From assembly GCA_963764725.1 (NCBI GenBank), contig CAVXTM010000007.1:29230-93229 (forward strand): a stretch of 64,000 bases of DNA. Reading direction: 5' to 3'. The notes below the pieces were generated by a model. The model was not told the origin of the DNA. It saw only the letters and a program-made list of their open reading frames with translations, and did not search any database. A program made the translations under genes and the position numbers. Origin of the DNA: an uncultured Gammaproteobacteria bacterium. Its GTDB lineage: Bacteria > Pseudomonadota > Gammaproteobacteria > JACCXJ01. This document shows positions 38,512 through 47,866 of this stretch, in pieces (position 1 is the first letter of the stretch; the number at the start of each line of letters is the position of its first letter).

Positions 38512-39405
38512 TCATTGCCGCTGCGTCGCGTTCGCTACGTTACCCGCTTGCGCTCTTACGTCCGCTTGAGGCCGTGGACCTTCGACGACGACCGCATATT
38601 TCTCGCGCATCTTACTATAAATCGCATCCGCGATTTCCTTGCGACGCGCCGCCATCCATTCGCGCCGCACTGCTTCGCGCACTTCCGAGAGCAACCTTGA
38701 TCGTCCTTTCGTTCGCTCGCTCACATGGACGAGATGCCATCCGTAGCCGGACTGCACCGGCCCTGCCCAGCGGCCGGGCTCCAATTGCGCGATCTGCCGC
38801 GCAAATCCATCGCCGAACACGCGTGCGACCTCGCCGACGCTTGAAAGCGGCAACTCACGGGGCAACATCGTAGTATCCCCCAGCTCCGGCGCGATATTCT
38901 TTCCGGCGCCATTCAGCTGCGCGAGGGCTTTCGACGCCGCGGCGGATGCGCTTTCACCGCGGCGGATCGCGTTGAAATAAACCTGCGAAAATGCGATTGC
39001 CGGCTCGATGCGAAATTCTTCCGGATGCTTGTCGAGCCAACTCTGCAAATCCTGATCGGTTGGTGCCGCGACGGCGCTCGCATCTTCGGTCAGAAATTCG
39101 AGCTTCTGCCGCATGCGTCGGCGGACGATGGTGTCGTCCTTGTCCAGGCCCATTGCCAACGCCTCGCGGTAAAGCACCTCCTCCCTGATGTAGTCCTCGA
39201 CCAGCCCATCGAGCTCTTGCTGTGACGGTGGACGATGCCAGATGCCTGAAAAGCCAGTCACGAGATGCTCGACCTTGCCCCGGTCGACGACGATCTTGCC
39301 TTCTTGAGGTGCGTCGCGATTGGCGTTGAAGTGGAACAGCAGAAAGACAACCGCCCCCAGTGCAAGAAAATGCACCAGGGGCTCGCGCAGGAACTTGCCT
39401 ATCAA
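38512..39405 (-). CDS. membrane-anchored parvulin-type peptidyl-prolyl isomerase
   Basis: N-terminal TM helix and a C-terminal PpiC-type domain with GPVQSGYGWHLVHV. Confidence 0.75.
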   Translation of the reverse strand: MIGKFLREPLVHFLALGAVVFLLFHFNANRDAPQEGKIVVDRGKVEHLVTGFSGIWHRPPSQQELDGLVEDYIREEVLYREALAMGLDKDDTIVRRRMRQKLEFLTEDASAVAAPTDQDLQSWLDKHPEEFRIEPAIAFSQVYFNAIRRGESASAAASKALAQLNGAGKNIAPELGDTTMLPRELPLSSVGEVARVFGDGFARQIAQLEPGRWAGPVQSGYGWHLVHVSERTKGRSRLLSEVREAVRREWMAARRKEIADAIYSKMREKYAVVVEGPRPQADVRAQAGNVANATQRQ

Positions 39406-39418
39406 GATGGTTCTCCGC

Positions 39419-41371
39419 TTAGCTCTTGGGCGGCGTGTACCAGATCGGCGAAGTGTACGCGCGCTCGGTCGTCGTCATCGGGACTTCCTTGGGCATCTTC
39501 ACGTTGAACTTCTTGGCGTCATACGCGGTCCAGCGCGGCGTGGGGATTTCGATGACGCGCCCGTAGTAGAAGGCCCGCTGCGTGGGATCGAAGTCCGGAT
39601 CTTTCCAGACGGCGATCAATTCCGGCGCACCGATAGTGTTGGTCCACGTCGCATTCGCGACGTCGACCGTGTTGCCTACCTGCGGCACCTTGCCGTCGCT
39701 ACTTCGCTTGCGATCGCCTGACCAGACCACGTCATAGATCTTCTCGTGCACCTCACCCTTCGCGTCAAGCCAGCCCTTGATGATCTGATAGCGATCGAGG
39801 TTCGCACCGATAGGATCCTTGAGCGCGGCAACAAGGAACGTTGGCGCCTTGCCAGCAGGCGCGGCCGGGAGGTCGCCGCCCATCGGCACGCCTTTGGTGT
39901 AGCCGCTTTCTCCAGGCATGCGGTTGCCCGTGTCCTTCGCGTCGAAATCGAAACCGCCGAACAAGCGCACGACCATCCGTGGCCCGGTGGTGGCATACGT
40001 CTCGCGGCGATGCATCGCGTCGAAGATGGACTCGCGCGTGTTCTCGCGCGCCCAGACCGCGGCGTAGCCGGATGCAGTCTGTTCCCAGCCCATGATCACA
40101 GCCTTGTCCGTCTTGACGAACGGATGCGTTGCCCGAGTCGGGCTCGGCTCGGACGACGTAGTCTTGCCGAAGAAGTTGTCCTCTTCGACGGCAGCAAGGC
40201 CGGTGTGCGCGTCGGTCGAGCCGATCATCCCGAACTTGTAAGGATTAACGCCAAACTCCTGTTCGAGTTTGAGACCGTTCTTGAGCGCTGAACGGGCGTA
40301 CTCGAACTCCAGCATCTCTGGCTTCTTCAGTTCGCTTAGATCCAGATTGCCCTTGTCCCAGCGCTCGAAATTAGCGAACTCGTCGTTGGGCGAGAGGAAC
40401 GGATGGGTCTCGCCGTCGCCTTTGATCTGCGTGGCTTCGTAGAGGCGCTCCCACTTGGCGCGGATCTCGGCATACTCGCGGTCTACTGGCTTGCCCGTGA
40501 ACGACTCGATGATCGGAAACATGCGACCGTTCGACAGGTTGCCGTTGTGCGCAATGGCGAGTACGTCCCCGCCAGTCTTCTGTTCGTAGGCGGCCATCCA
40601 TTTCCACAGGTCGCGCGGGTTATCGCTGCCGAGAGGCTTCATCGTGATGAATGGCTCGACCAGCGCCGCCTTGGCACCGTTGTCGCGGAAGATCACGTTA
40701 CGATGAAGGTTGTTTCCTCCGGTGTTCGAGGTCCACTCGTAGCCGATGAAGGCGGTGAAGCGACCGGGGTCATTGGCCTCCTCGGCCGCCTTGATGGTTT
40801 CTTGCCAGGCTGTGTGGTAAGTGGAGGTTCCAGGCAGTGAAAGCAGTGCTTTCGGAAAGGTCCCCTGAGAGAAGGCGATGATCATCTCAATCGCAGCGTC
40901 TGCGCCCTTGCCCGATTCGATCATGTCGTACCACTTCCGGCCTTGCGGGTCGGCCAGCAACTTGGGGTCACCTGCGAGAAGCTGCGGGAAGAACCCCATG
41001 TTGTCGGAGTGGTCGGCAACCACAAGGAAGTCGAGAGGACGGGAGAGCTTGACCGGTTGGCCGCTCGATGCGGTGAGCTCTTCGCCTTTTGCGAGACGGT
41101 AGGCATCCTTCGGCGCCAGCCGGGCGCCGAAGGCGCCGGCGTCGAAGGAGAACGAGGTGTGCAAGTGCGTGTCGCCGAACAACGGGCGGGTCGGGAAGTT
41201 GCGGCCCGCATACGGCGAGTAAGGCCGTTGTTTGAACGCCTGTTCGGCCGACTCCTTGTCGAGCGTGCCGATGTCCGTCGTGGCCGCCTGTTGAGCGAAC
41301 AGCGGCGGCGCGAAACCGATGGCGAAGGCCACCGCGAGCGTTCTCAACGCGATATTCATTTGCGGTTTCAT
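39419..41371 (-). CDS. secreted DUF3604-family (PHP-like metal-dependent) protein
   Basis: Signal peptide MKPQMNIALRTLAVAFAIGFAPPLFAQQ, and FGDTHLHTSFSFDA typical of DUF3604. The track ORF extends to 41422. Confidence 0.75.
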   Translation of the reverse strand: MKPQMNIALRTLAVAFAIGFAPPLFAQQAATTDIGTLDKESAEQAFKQRPYSPYAGRNFPTRPLFGDTHLHTSFSFDAGAFGARLAPKDAYRLAKGEELTASSGQPVKLSRPLDFLVVADHSDNMGFFPQLLAGDPKLLADPQGRKWYDMIESGKGADAAIEMIIAFSQGTFPKALLSLPGTSTYHTAWQETIKAAEEANDPGRFTAFIGYEWTSNTGGNNLHRNVIFRDNGAKAALVEPFITMKPLGSDNPRDLWKWMAAYEQKTGGDVLAIAHNGNLSNGRMFPIIESFTGKPVDREYAEIRAKWERLYEATQIKGDGETHPFLSPNDEFANFERWDKGNLDLSELKKPEMLEFEYARSALKNGLKLEQEFGVNPYKFGMIGSTDAHTGLAAVEEDNFFGKTTSSEPSPTRATHPFVKTDKAVIMGWEQTASGYAAVWARENTRESIFDAMHRRETYATTGPRMVVRLFGGFDFDAKDTGNRMPGESGYTKGVPMGGDLPAAPAGKAPTFLVAALKDPIGANLDRYQIIKGWLDAKGEVHEKIYDVVWSGDRKRSSDGKVPQVGNTVDVANATWTNTIGAPELIAVWKDPDFDPTQRAFYYGRVIEIPTPRWTAYDAKKFNVKMPKEVPMTTTERAYTSPIWYTPPKS

Positions 41372-41634
41372 GGAGTGTGCTGTCCTCTCGTTAGTGGCTC
41401 CGTGATTGTGAGACGATGGCATTTCAATCCTTCTTTAAGCCCACAACCTCGATCCGTCCATCGGCGCACGGTCGAGGCCGTAATTGAGCCGGCTGCTTAG
41501 CTGCGGCCAGAATCATACTCGAGCTTGGCGTCATGATGGCAGGCAAGTGGGTGTCGCTGCGGCATATCGACACCAATTGCAGCTCACGTTACATCCTAAA
41601 CACGACCTGCACAGTGGGACCTTTCCCCTCGCAT

Positions 41635-41730
41635 GGCATTTTCCCAGAGCAGCCGCTATTTAGGGTCGAGCCCTGCTAGACGCGAATGTCGCAGTCGCTG
41701 TTGCTGCGCGCGGACGAGGTGATTCAATGA
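41635..41730 (+). pseudogene. terminal remnant of an ABC-transporter substrate-binding protein gene
   Basis: ...IFPEQPLFRVEP / stop / ...SQSLLLRADEVIQ* resembles the conserved C-terminus (..PVEQPTKFELV...P.SLL.RADEVIE) of one binding-protein family. The rest of the gene is absent. Confidence 0.4.
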
Positions 41731-42343
41731 TCGAAGTTTCCAGGTTGTTTCCGGCTTTCGCGTTACTTTGCGCGGTCGCTGGGTAAAATGATACGTTGAA
41801 CGTCAGCTTTGTAGAAGACCGACCGGCCGCTTAGGGTCGGGTACCGACTTCTCGACATCCAGTCGCATACCGGCCAATTGCCGCCGGTGGCGAATGGCAG
41901 CTTCCCGGCTTCCCGAGTGGTCACCGTGGCCGCTCTGAATGCCGCCGACGCGCTCGGCGGCGGCGTGACTTCGCTGTGGATGGCGTCCCAATAACGCACC
42001 TATTATCGGGCAGGGCGTGACGACGCGCGGGCGTGTCGTTGCGCCGGCCGCTACCGCAAGGCTCGTGCGTCTGCGCGAGCGCGTCGTAGAATATGCGACC
42101 GCGTTGAAGCGCGCCTAAGCAATTCGAGAGCGGGTTCTCGAAAGTCCGATAAGGGGCCTTACGTTAACCTCCGGGTTCAGGACCGACTTGTCGCCTCTAG
42201 CGGAACCCTGCGACTGACGAGCTTCCCGCGGCAACACGACGCTTCGATCGCGCGCAGCACTCTGTGGCGTCTGGCCGTTTGCGGGCGAGGCTGATGGCCA
42301 ACCGGCACCAGTACCTGCACCACCAATGACGAGTTCTGCGCGC

Positions 42344-43525
42344 CTAGCTGGCGCTGCGTGCCAACTTCCAGAGAAAGTATCCTGGAAGCTCAAGTGGCCC
42401 ACGAACGTTCAGCACGGCGCTAATGACATCTGCAACCTTCTTGGCCGACGTTGCTTGAAGAAGTAATGCGAGGGGAGTGGTCGGACCAGCATACAACGCT
42501 GCCGTTACCCCGGTGACCGCCGCCAACATTAAGTCGTTCTTCATCGTGCGCTTGACACGGCGGAGTTCCTTGTCAACTTCGCGCACCTGCTGCTCCATGA
42601 CTTCACGCTGTATGTCCTCTAGCGCGTGGGCGAAACGGACCGGATCACCGATATCCCGCAGCCCCGCTAGTTTCTGCCGTAGGACAACTCGGAAATCGCG
42701 AAATGCCTCGTAGCATTCAGCGCGAACATGCACGAGATCGGACACCGAGACCGATTGAATAACCGGTAGTTCGAGTCGTAGCGCGAGTTGGCCGATTTCA
42801 AGCTCCCCACGCTCTACGGGCTCGGTCGCTATGCGCAATAATTCTTTGTGAAGCTGGAAGGACGGCGCCAACATGCTCTCAAATAGTCGGGCCCTCGGCA
42901 GGTTGTGCAGAACTTCATGCATGAAGAGTTCAGTCATTGACTTGCGTATAGCTGATACAGCTGAACGGAGAGCGTCCGGACCGTCCCGCACGTTCGACAC
43001 GAGGTTTGTGAGCCATGTGTCAATAGCGTCGCTCACGCTTGTCTCCAAGGGCTGACGCGAGGCTTCGATCGCGCTGCGCTCCCGCTCTTCGCCTGGCCAC
43101 GCGCCCAAAGGCGCAACAAAAAACAGGACGCCGGCCGCCACCATCGGCGTCATGTCCTTCATGTAACGGGCCTCCTTTGCCGCGAGTACTCGGTCGTTGG
43201 GAGAGAACACCGGCGCCGGGATCAAGACGCGGTCGAAGTACAGCAGGCTTTGTTTGAGCTCAGCGACAGCAGGCAAGCCAACAGGCCAGCCGGCCAAGCC
43301 GCCGTGCAGGAGCGAGAATGTGGAGGAAGCGTTTCCAGCTACAATTTCGTCAGCAACTGCGCCGCCATTGGCTACCATGTAATTGAGGTAGCGCAAGACC
43401 TCTAGCTCCCAGTCTCGCTGCGCGATACGGGCGTACTCCTCCTCGATGTCCTCTTCATTGAAGAAAAAGCTGTTTACGAGAAAATCGTAGAGCACACGTG
43501 CCATCCCGATACGATGGACCACCAT
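42344..43525 (-). CDS. hypothetical protein (393 aa, no recognisable family)
   Basis: Long uninterrupted ORF flanked by non-coding DNA on both sides. The alternative start is MARVLYDF. C-terminal hydrophobic stretch LMLAAVTGVTAALYAG. Confidence 0.5.
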   Translation of the reverse strand: MVVHRIGMARVLYDFLVNSFFFNEEDIEEEYARIAQRDWELEVLRYLNYMVANGGAVADEIVAGNASSTFSLLHGGLAGWPVGLPAVAELKQSLLYFDRVLIPAPVFSPNDRVLAAKEARYMKDMTPMVAAGVLFFVAPLGAWPGEERERSAIEASRQPLETSVSDAIDTWLTNLVSNVRDGPDALRSAVSAIRKSMTELFMHEVLHNLPRARLFESMLAPSFQLHKELLRIATEPVERGELEIGQLALRLELPVIQSVSVSDLVHVRAECYEAFRDFRVVLRQKLAGLRDIGDPVRFAHALEDIQREVMEQQVREVDKELRRVKRTMKNDLMLAAVTGVTAALYAGPTTPLALLLQATSAKKVADVISAVLNVRGPLELPGYFLWKLARSAS

Positions 43526-43730
43526 GTGGCCGCCGTCAAATTGAAGTAACCGCGTACTCGGTGTGCATGTCCGTCACGAAACTCCCTCCGCCCCTCGGAG
43601 ATCGCGACCCAGCGTGCGACTATCCCGACGTCCGCCGGGGTTGGTGAGTCGCCCCGGTTCCTACTGAGGTATCGCCGATGACCGCTTTGCGGCGTCAACC
43701 TTGAGAGCCCTACGTCTGGACTGGGTCGGA

Positions 43731-43758
43731 AGCCGAAATTCAAACTGAGAAACTACCG
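43731..43758 (-). repeat. 28-nt inverted repeat, right arm
   Basis: See 38394-38421. Confidence 0.85.
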
Positions 43759-43898
43759 AGACATCTTTCCCCGTCTAAATTAATGTAGAGGATGGGGAGG
43801 ATCAATATGAGTCGCATTGGAAGGAATTTGATACATCTTGGAGTAAATGGTGCGGCTGCTCGCTAGCGTCCGCCGCGCCAGATCGTGGGCGCTCAGGC

Positions 43899-46586
43899 TC
43901 AATGCGCTTCGTCCCAGTTAGCGCCCACGCCGATATCCACCACCAAGGGCGTCGTGAGCTCCGCGGCCCCTGCCATGATGCGTTCGAGCCTCGCGCGCGC
44001 CTGCTCGACCGCATCTTCCGCGGTTTCGAGCACCAGCTCGTCGTGGACCTGCATAATCAGCTTAGCGTTGATTCTCTCCTCATGGAGCCAGCGATCGACT
44101 TCGATCATCGCCCGCTTGATGATATCGGCGGCAGTCCCTTGCATCGGAGCGTTGATGGCCGTGCGTTCCGCGTACTGGCGGCGCTGGGTATTTCTGGAAT
44201 TGATCTCGGGTAGATACAGGCGGCGGTGATAGACCGTCTCGACGTAGCCTTGCCGTCGGGCGCGTACCCGGGTCTCGTCCATGAAAGCTTTTACCCCCGG
44301 ATAGCGGGAAAAATAGCGGTCGATATAGTTCTGGGCCGCGCCGCGATCGATCCCGAGCTGGCGGGCCAGCCCGAAGGCGGACATGCCATAGATGAGGCCG
44401 AAATTGATGGCCTTGGCCGCGCGCCGTTGCTCGGCGCCGACCGTTTCGGCTTTGAGCCCGAAGATCTCCGCGGCGGTGGCGCGATGAATATCCTGTCCGG
44501 TCGCAAAGGCTTGCCGCAGCAGAGGATCACCCGAAAGATGCGCCATGATCCGCAGCTCGATTTGTGAGTAGTCGGCCGCCACCAAGCGGCTTCCGGGCGG
44601 CGCCACGAAAGCCCGCCGGATGCGCCGCCCCTCCTCGGTGCGCACCGGTATGTTTTGGAGATTCGGGTCCGCGGATGACAGGCGTCCGGTCGCGGCCACG
44701 GCCTGATGGTAGCTCGTATGCACCCGTCCGGTGTGCGCATTGATCTGCCGCGGAAGCTTGTCTGTGTAAGTTGATTTCAGTTTCGCGAGGCCACGATATT
44801 CGAGTATCAATCGCGGTAAGGGATACTCGATGGCCAGGTCCTGGAGCACTGACTCGCCCGTGGAGGGCTGCCCCGTGGGTGTCTTGGCACTAACGGGTAA
44901 GCCGAGCTTGTGGTACAAAATTTCCTGGATCTGTTTCGGCGAATCGAGATTGAAGGACTCGCCCGCGAGCGCATGCGCTTCGGCCTCGACGTCGGACAGC
45001 CGCCCGCCCAAGGCCCGGCTCTGCTCGCGCAACATTTCCGCATCGATTTGAACACCGTTGCGTTCCATGCGCGACAAGACCGGCACCAGCGGTACTTCCA
45101 TCTCTTCGTAGAGCCGGCGCAGCCCGGCCTCTTCGGCGAGCCGCGGCCAGAACGTTTGATGCAATCGCAAACACACCTCCGCATCTTCCGCGGCATAGGT
45201 CGCGGCTCGATCGACAGGCACCTGGTTGAAGCTGATCTGGTGAGATCCCTTACCCGCCACGTCCTCAAACAGAATCGTGCGCACCCCCAGATACTTGAGT
45301 GCCAGGGAATCCAGATCGTGGCGGGTGGCGGTACTATCGAGCACATAGGACTCCAGCATCGAGTCGCAGCGGATCCCACGCAACTCCACGCCGTGGTTCG
45401 CCAATACGCTCATATCGTACTTGAGGTTGTGGCCGAGCTTCGGCCGTAACGGGTCCTCAAGGATCGGCCGGAGCGCGTTGAGCACTTCCTCGCGCGATAA
45501 TTGCCGAGGGGCGCCCGGATAATCATGAGCGACCGGTACATATGCCGCTTCCCCGGCTCGGAGAGAAAACGAGACGCCCACGAGTTCCGCCTGCATGTAG
45601 TCCAAACTGGTGGTCTCGGTATCAAAGGCGATAAGCTCCGCATGCCTGAGCCGCTCTATCCATCGATCGAGCTGTCCACGGTCCAGGATCGTTTCATAGC
45701 CGGCGGCTTCGACCGGCGGCTCGGGCCGGGGCGCCTCTTCGAGCAGATCGTTCAACCAGGTCTTGAACTCAAGCTGGGTGAAGAGCGCTTTCAGCGCCTC
45801 GTTGTCTGGGGGCCGCGGCTTGAGATCCTTCGGTGCGGCATCGAGGGGGACCGCGCAGGCGATCGTGACCAGCTTTTTGGAAAGGGCAAGCTGCTGCATG
45901 CTCGCGCGCAAGTTATCCCCCAATGTCCCTTTGATGTCCCCGGCATGGGCGAGCAGATTATCGAGACAACGGTATTGCTTGAGCCAGGCCACGGCGGTTT
46001 TGGGTCCGACCTTCGGCACCCCGGGGACATTGTCGATCTTATCTCCGATCAAGCTCAAATAATCGACGATAAGCGCGGGCGGGACCCCGAATTTGCGCTC
46101 GACGCCTTGCGCATCCATGACACTATTGTCCATCGTGTTCACCAGGCTCACCGCCTCGCTGACCACTTGCGCGAAGTCCTTATCACCGGTTGCGATGAGG
46201 GTGCGAAGACCGGCTTCGACCGCTTGGACCGCCAGGGTTCCGATGACATCGTCGGCTTCTACGCCGTCGATCACAAGCATCGGGACACCCATGGCGCGTA
46301 CGACCGCGTGCAGGGGCTCGACCTGAAGCCGTAACTCCTCCGGCATGGAGGGGCGGTGTGCCTTGTAGGCGGGATACATTTCATCGCGAAAGGTCTTGCC
46401 CTTGGCATCGAATACCACCGCCAGGTAGTTCGGTGTATAGTCCTTCAACAGCCGGCGCAGCATGAAGATAAACCCGTGAATGGCTCCCGTTGGTTCTCCG
46501 CGCGAGGTGCTCAGCCGAGGCAGGGCGTGAAACGCGCGGTAAAGATAAGAGGAACCGTCAACCAGAACTAAGAGCTCTTCCGTCAT
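43899..46586 (-). CDS. polA: DNA polymerase I
   Basis: 5'-nuclease LVDGSSYLYRAFHA, 3'-5' exonuclease IAFDTETTSLD, polymerase motifs DYSQIELRIMAH, RRAAKAINFGLIYG and QVHDELV. The start is MTEELLVLVDG (46586), not the 61-codon upstream extension. Confidence 0.97.
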   Translation of the reverse strand: MTEELLVLVDGSSYLYRAFHALPRLSTSRGEPTGAIHGFIFMLRRLLKDYTPNYLAVVFDAKGKTFRDEMYPAYKAHRPSMPEELRLQVEPLHAVVRAMGVPMLVIDGVEADDVIGTLAVQAVEAGLRTLIATGDKDFAQVVSEAVSLVNTMDNSVMDAQGVERKFGVPPALIVDYLSLIGDKIDNVPGVPKVGPKTAVAWLKQYRCLDNLLAHAGDIKGTLGDNLRASMQQLALSKKLVTIACAVPLDAAPKDLKPRPPDNEALKALFTQLEFKTWLNDLLEEAPRPEPPVEAAGYETILDRGQLDRWIERLRHAELIAFDTETTSLDYMQAELVGVSFSLRAGEAAYVPVAHDYPGAPRQLSREEVLNALRPILEDPLRPKLGHNLKYDMSVLANHGVELRGIRCDSMLESYVLDSTATRHDLDSLALKYLGVRTILFEDVAGKGSHQISFNQVPVDRAATYAAEDAEVCLRLHQTFWPRLAEEAGLRRLYEEMEVPLVPVLSRMERNGVQIDAEMLREQSRALGGRLSDVEAEAHALAGESFNLDSPKQIQEILYHKLGLPVSAKTPTGQPSTGESVLQDLAIEYPLPRLILEYRGLAKLKSTYTDKLPRQINAHTGRVHTSYHQAVAATGRLSSADPNLQNIPVRTEEGRRIRRAFVAPPGSRLVAADYSQIELRIMAHLSGDPLLRQAFATGQDIHRATAAEIFGLKAETVGAEQRRAAKAINFGLIYGMSAFGLARQLGIDRGAAQNYIDRYFSRYPGVKAFMDETRVRARRQGYVETVYHRRLYLPEINSRNTQRRQYAERTAINAPMQGTAADIIKRAMIEVDRWLHEERINAKLIMQVHDELVLETAEDAVEQARARLERIMAGAAELTTPLVVDIGVGANWDEAH

Positions 46587-46620
46587 GGTGTCTGTTTGAA
46601 AAGTCTGCTGATGGTCCATT

Positions 46621-47343
46621 ATGAATAAGAACACTAAAGCCGGCCACCCGGCGCTCGCGCCCATCAACGATACGGCGCTCGTGCGCGAATCATGGAAGGT
46701 GTTCCAGATCATGGCGGAGTTCGTCGAGGGGTTCGAGCGTTTGGCCGCGATCCGGCCCTCGGTTAGCATCTTCGGGTCCGCCCGTTTCGGCGCCGAGCAT
46801 CCTTATTCCAAGCTGGCCGAAGAGATCGGGCATAGTGTATCGGATGCGGGTTTCTCGGTGGTCACCGGAGGGGGACCGGGGATCATGGAGGCCGCGAACA
46901 AGGGCGCCTACGCGGGTCGCTCACCGAGCATCGGGCTCAACATGCAACTAGGGGAAGAGCGCGGTAATGCCTTCCAAAATATCAGGCTGAATTTTCGCCA
47001 TTTCTTCCCCCGCAAGGTGATGTTCGTCAAATACGCTTCAGCCTACGTCGTGCTACCGGGTGGGTTCGGCACCCTGGATGAGCTGGCCGAGATCTTGACA
47101 CTGGTCCAAACCGGCAAGACGCGGAAGATCCCGATCATCCTGGTCGGAAGCGACTTTTGGCGTGGTTTGATCGAGTGGTTCAGGAGTACCTTGGTCGGCG
47201 AAGCCACTATTGACGCTACGGATATTGACCTGTTTGAGGTAGTAGATCATCCGCGCGAGGTGGTCGATGCGATCTTCCGGCATTATGAACATCGTGGGTT
47301 TGCGCTCTCGGCGGAAGAGCAAGAAACGCTCATGCACTTATGA
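46621..47343 (+). CDS. LOG-family / TIGR00730 nucleotide-binding protein (cytokinin riboside 5'-monophosphate phosphoribohydrolase-like)
   Basis: GGGPGIMEAANKGA and PGGFGTLDELAE motifs. Confidence 0.85.
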   Translation: MNKNTKAGHPALAPINDTALVRESWKVFQIMAEFVEGFERLAAIRPSVSIFGSARFGAEHPYSKLAEEIGHSVSDAGFSVVTGGGPGIMEAANKGAYAGRSPSIGLNMQLGEERGNAFQNIRLNFRHFFPRKVMFVKYASAYVVLPGGFGTLDELAEILTLVQTGKTRKIPIILVGSDFWRGLIEWFRSTLVGEATIDATDIDLFEVVDHPREVVDAIFRHYEHRGFALSAEEQETLMHL

Positions 47344-47446
47344 ACCGCAGGCAATGCGCCCGTCACGGGCGTCCTTAAGCGTATTAGCGGGTACCTGCGC
47401 CGCGTGTGCTACAATCCGCAGAGACGGCAATCACAGCGCTAGGAAT

Positions 47447-47797
47447 ATGCATCGAATGAGGCTATTGGCCTTGGGAATTTTTTACGCGGCGCAAGTCAGC
47501 GCCACGGAACCCGGTGTGCCCGCGAATTTGGAACCGCTGCCGGAAGCCGCCCCGCCCCCTACCGAGCCGGTTCAAAGCGGCGAATCCCTCGAGCCGGACA
47601 TTCGAATTATCCAAAAGAAAGACGCGATCATCGAAGAATATCGCGTGAACGGAAATCTTTATATGGTCAAGGTTATCCCCACCGTGGGTAAACCCTACTA
47701 CTTGCTCGACCAAGACGGGGACGGGCGCATGGAAACCAATATGAGCTCAATCTACTCCGATTTCGTGGTACCTCAATGGGTGCTCTTCAGTTGGTGA
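47447..47797 (+). CDS. secreted DUF2782-family protein
   Basis: Signal peptide MHRMRLLALGIFYAAQVSA, then ...IEEYRVNGNLYMVKVIPTVGKPYYLLDQDGDG. Confidence 0.65.
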   Translation: MHRMRLLALGIFYAAQVSATEPGVPANLEPLPEAAPPPTEPVQSGESLEPDIRIIQKKDAIIEEYRVNGNLYMVKVIPTVGKPYYLLDQDGDGRMETNMSSIYSDFVVPQWVLFSW

Positions 47798-47866
47798 GGA
47801 TAGACTGCCCCGAGCCTGGAGATCGCGCCTGCGTAGTCGTTTAGGCCAGAGTAGCTCAGCAAGCGC

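Noticed and set aside
46587-46769. 61-codon N-terminal extension of the polA ORF, and the similar 54-codon extension of sseA at 1822-1983
   Set aside because: The conserved family N-termini begin at the internal ATGs. The polA extension would also overlap the divergent LOG gene.
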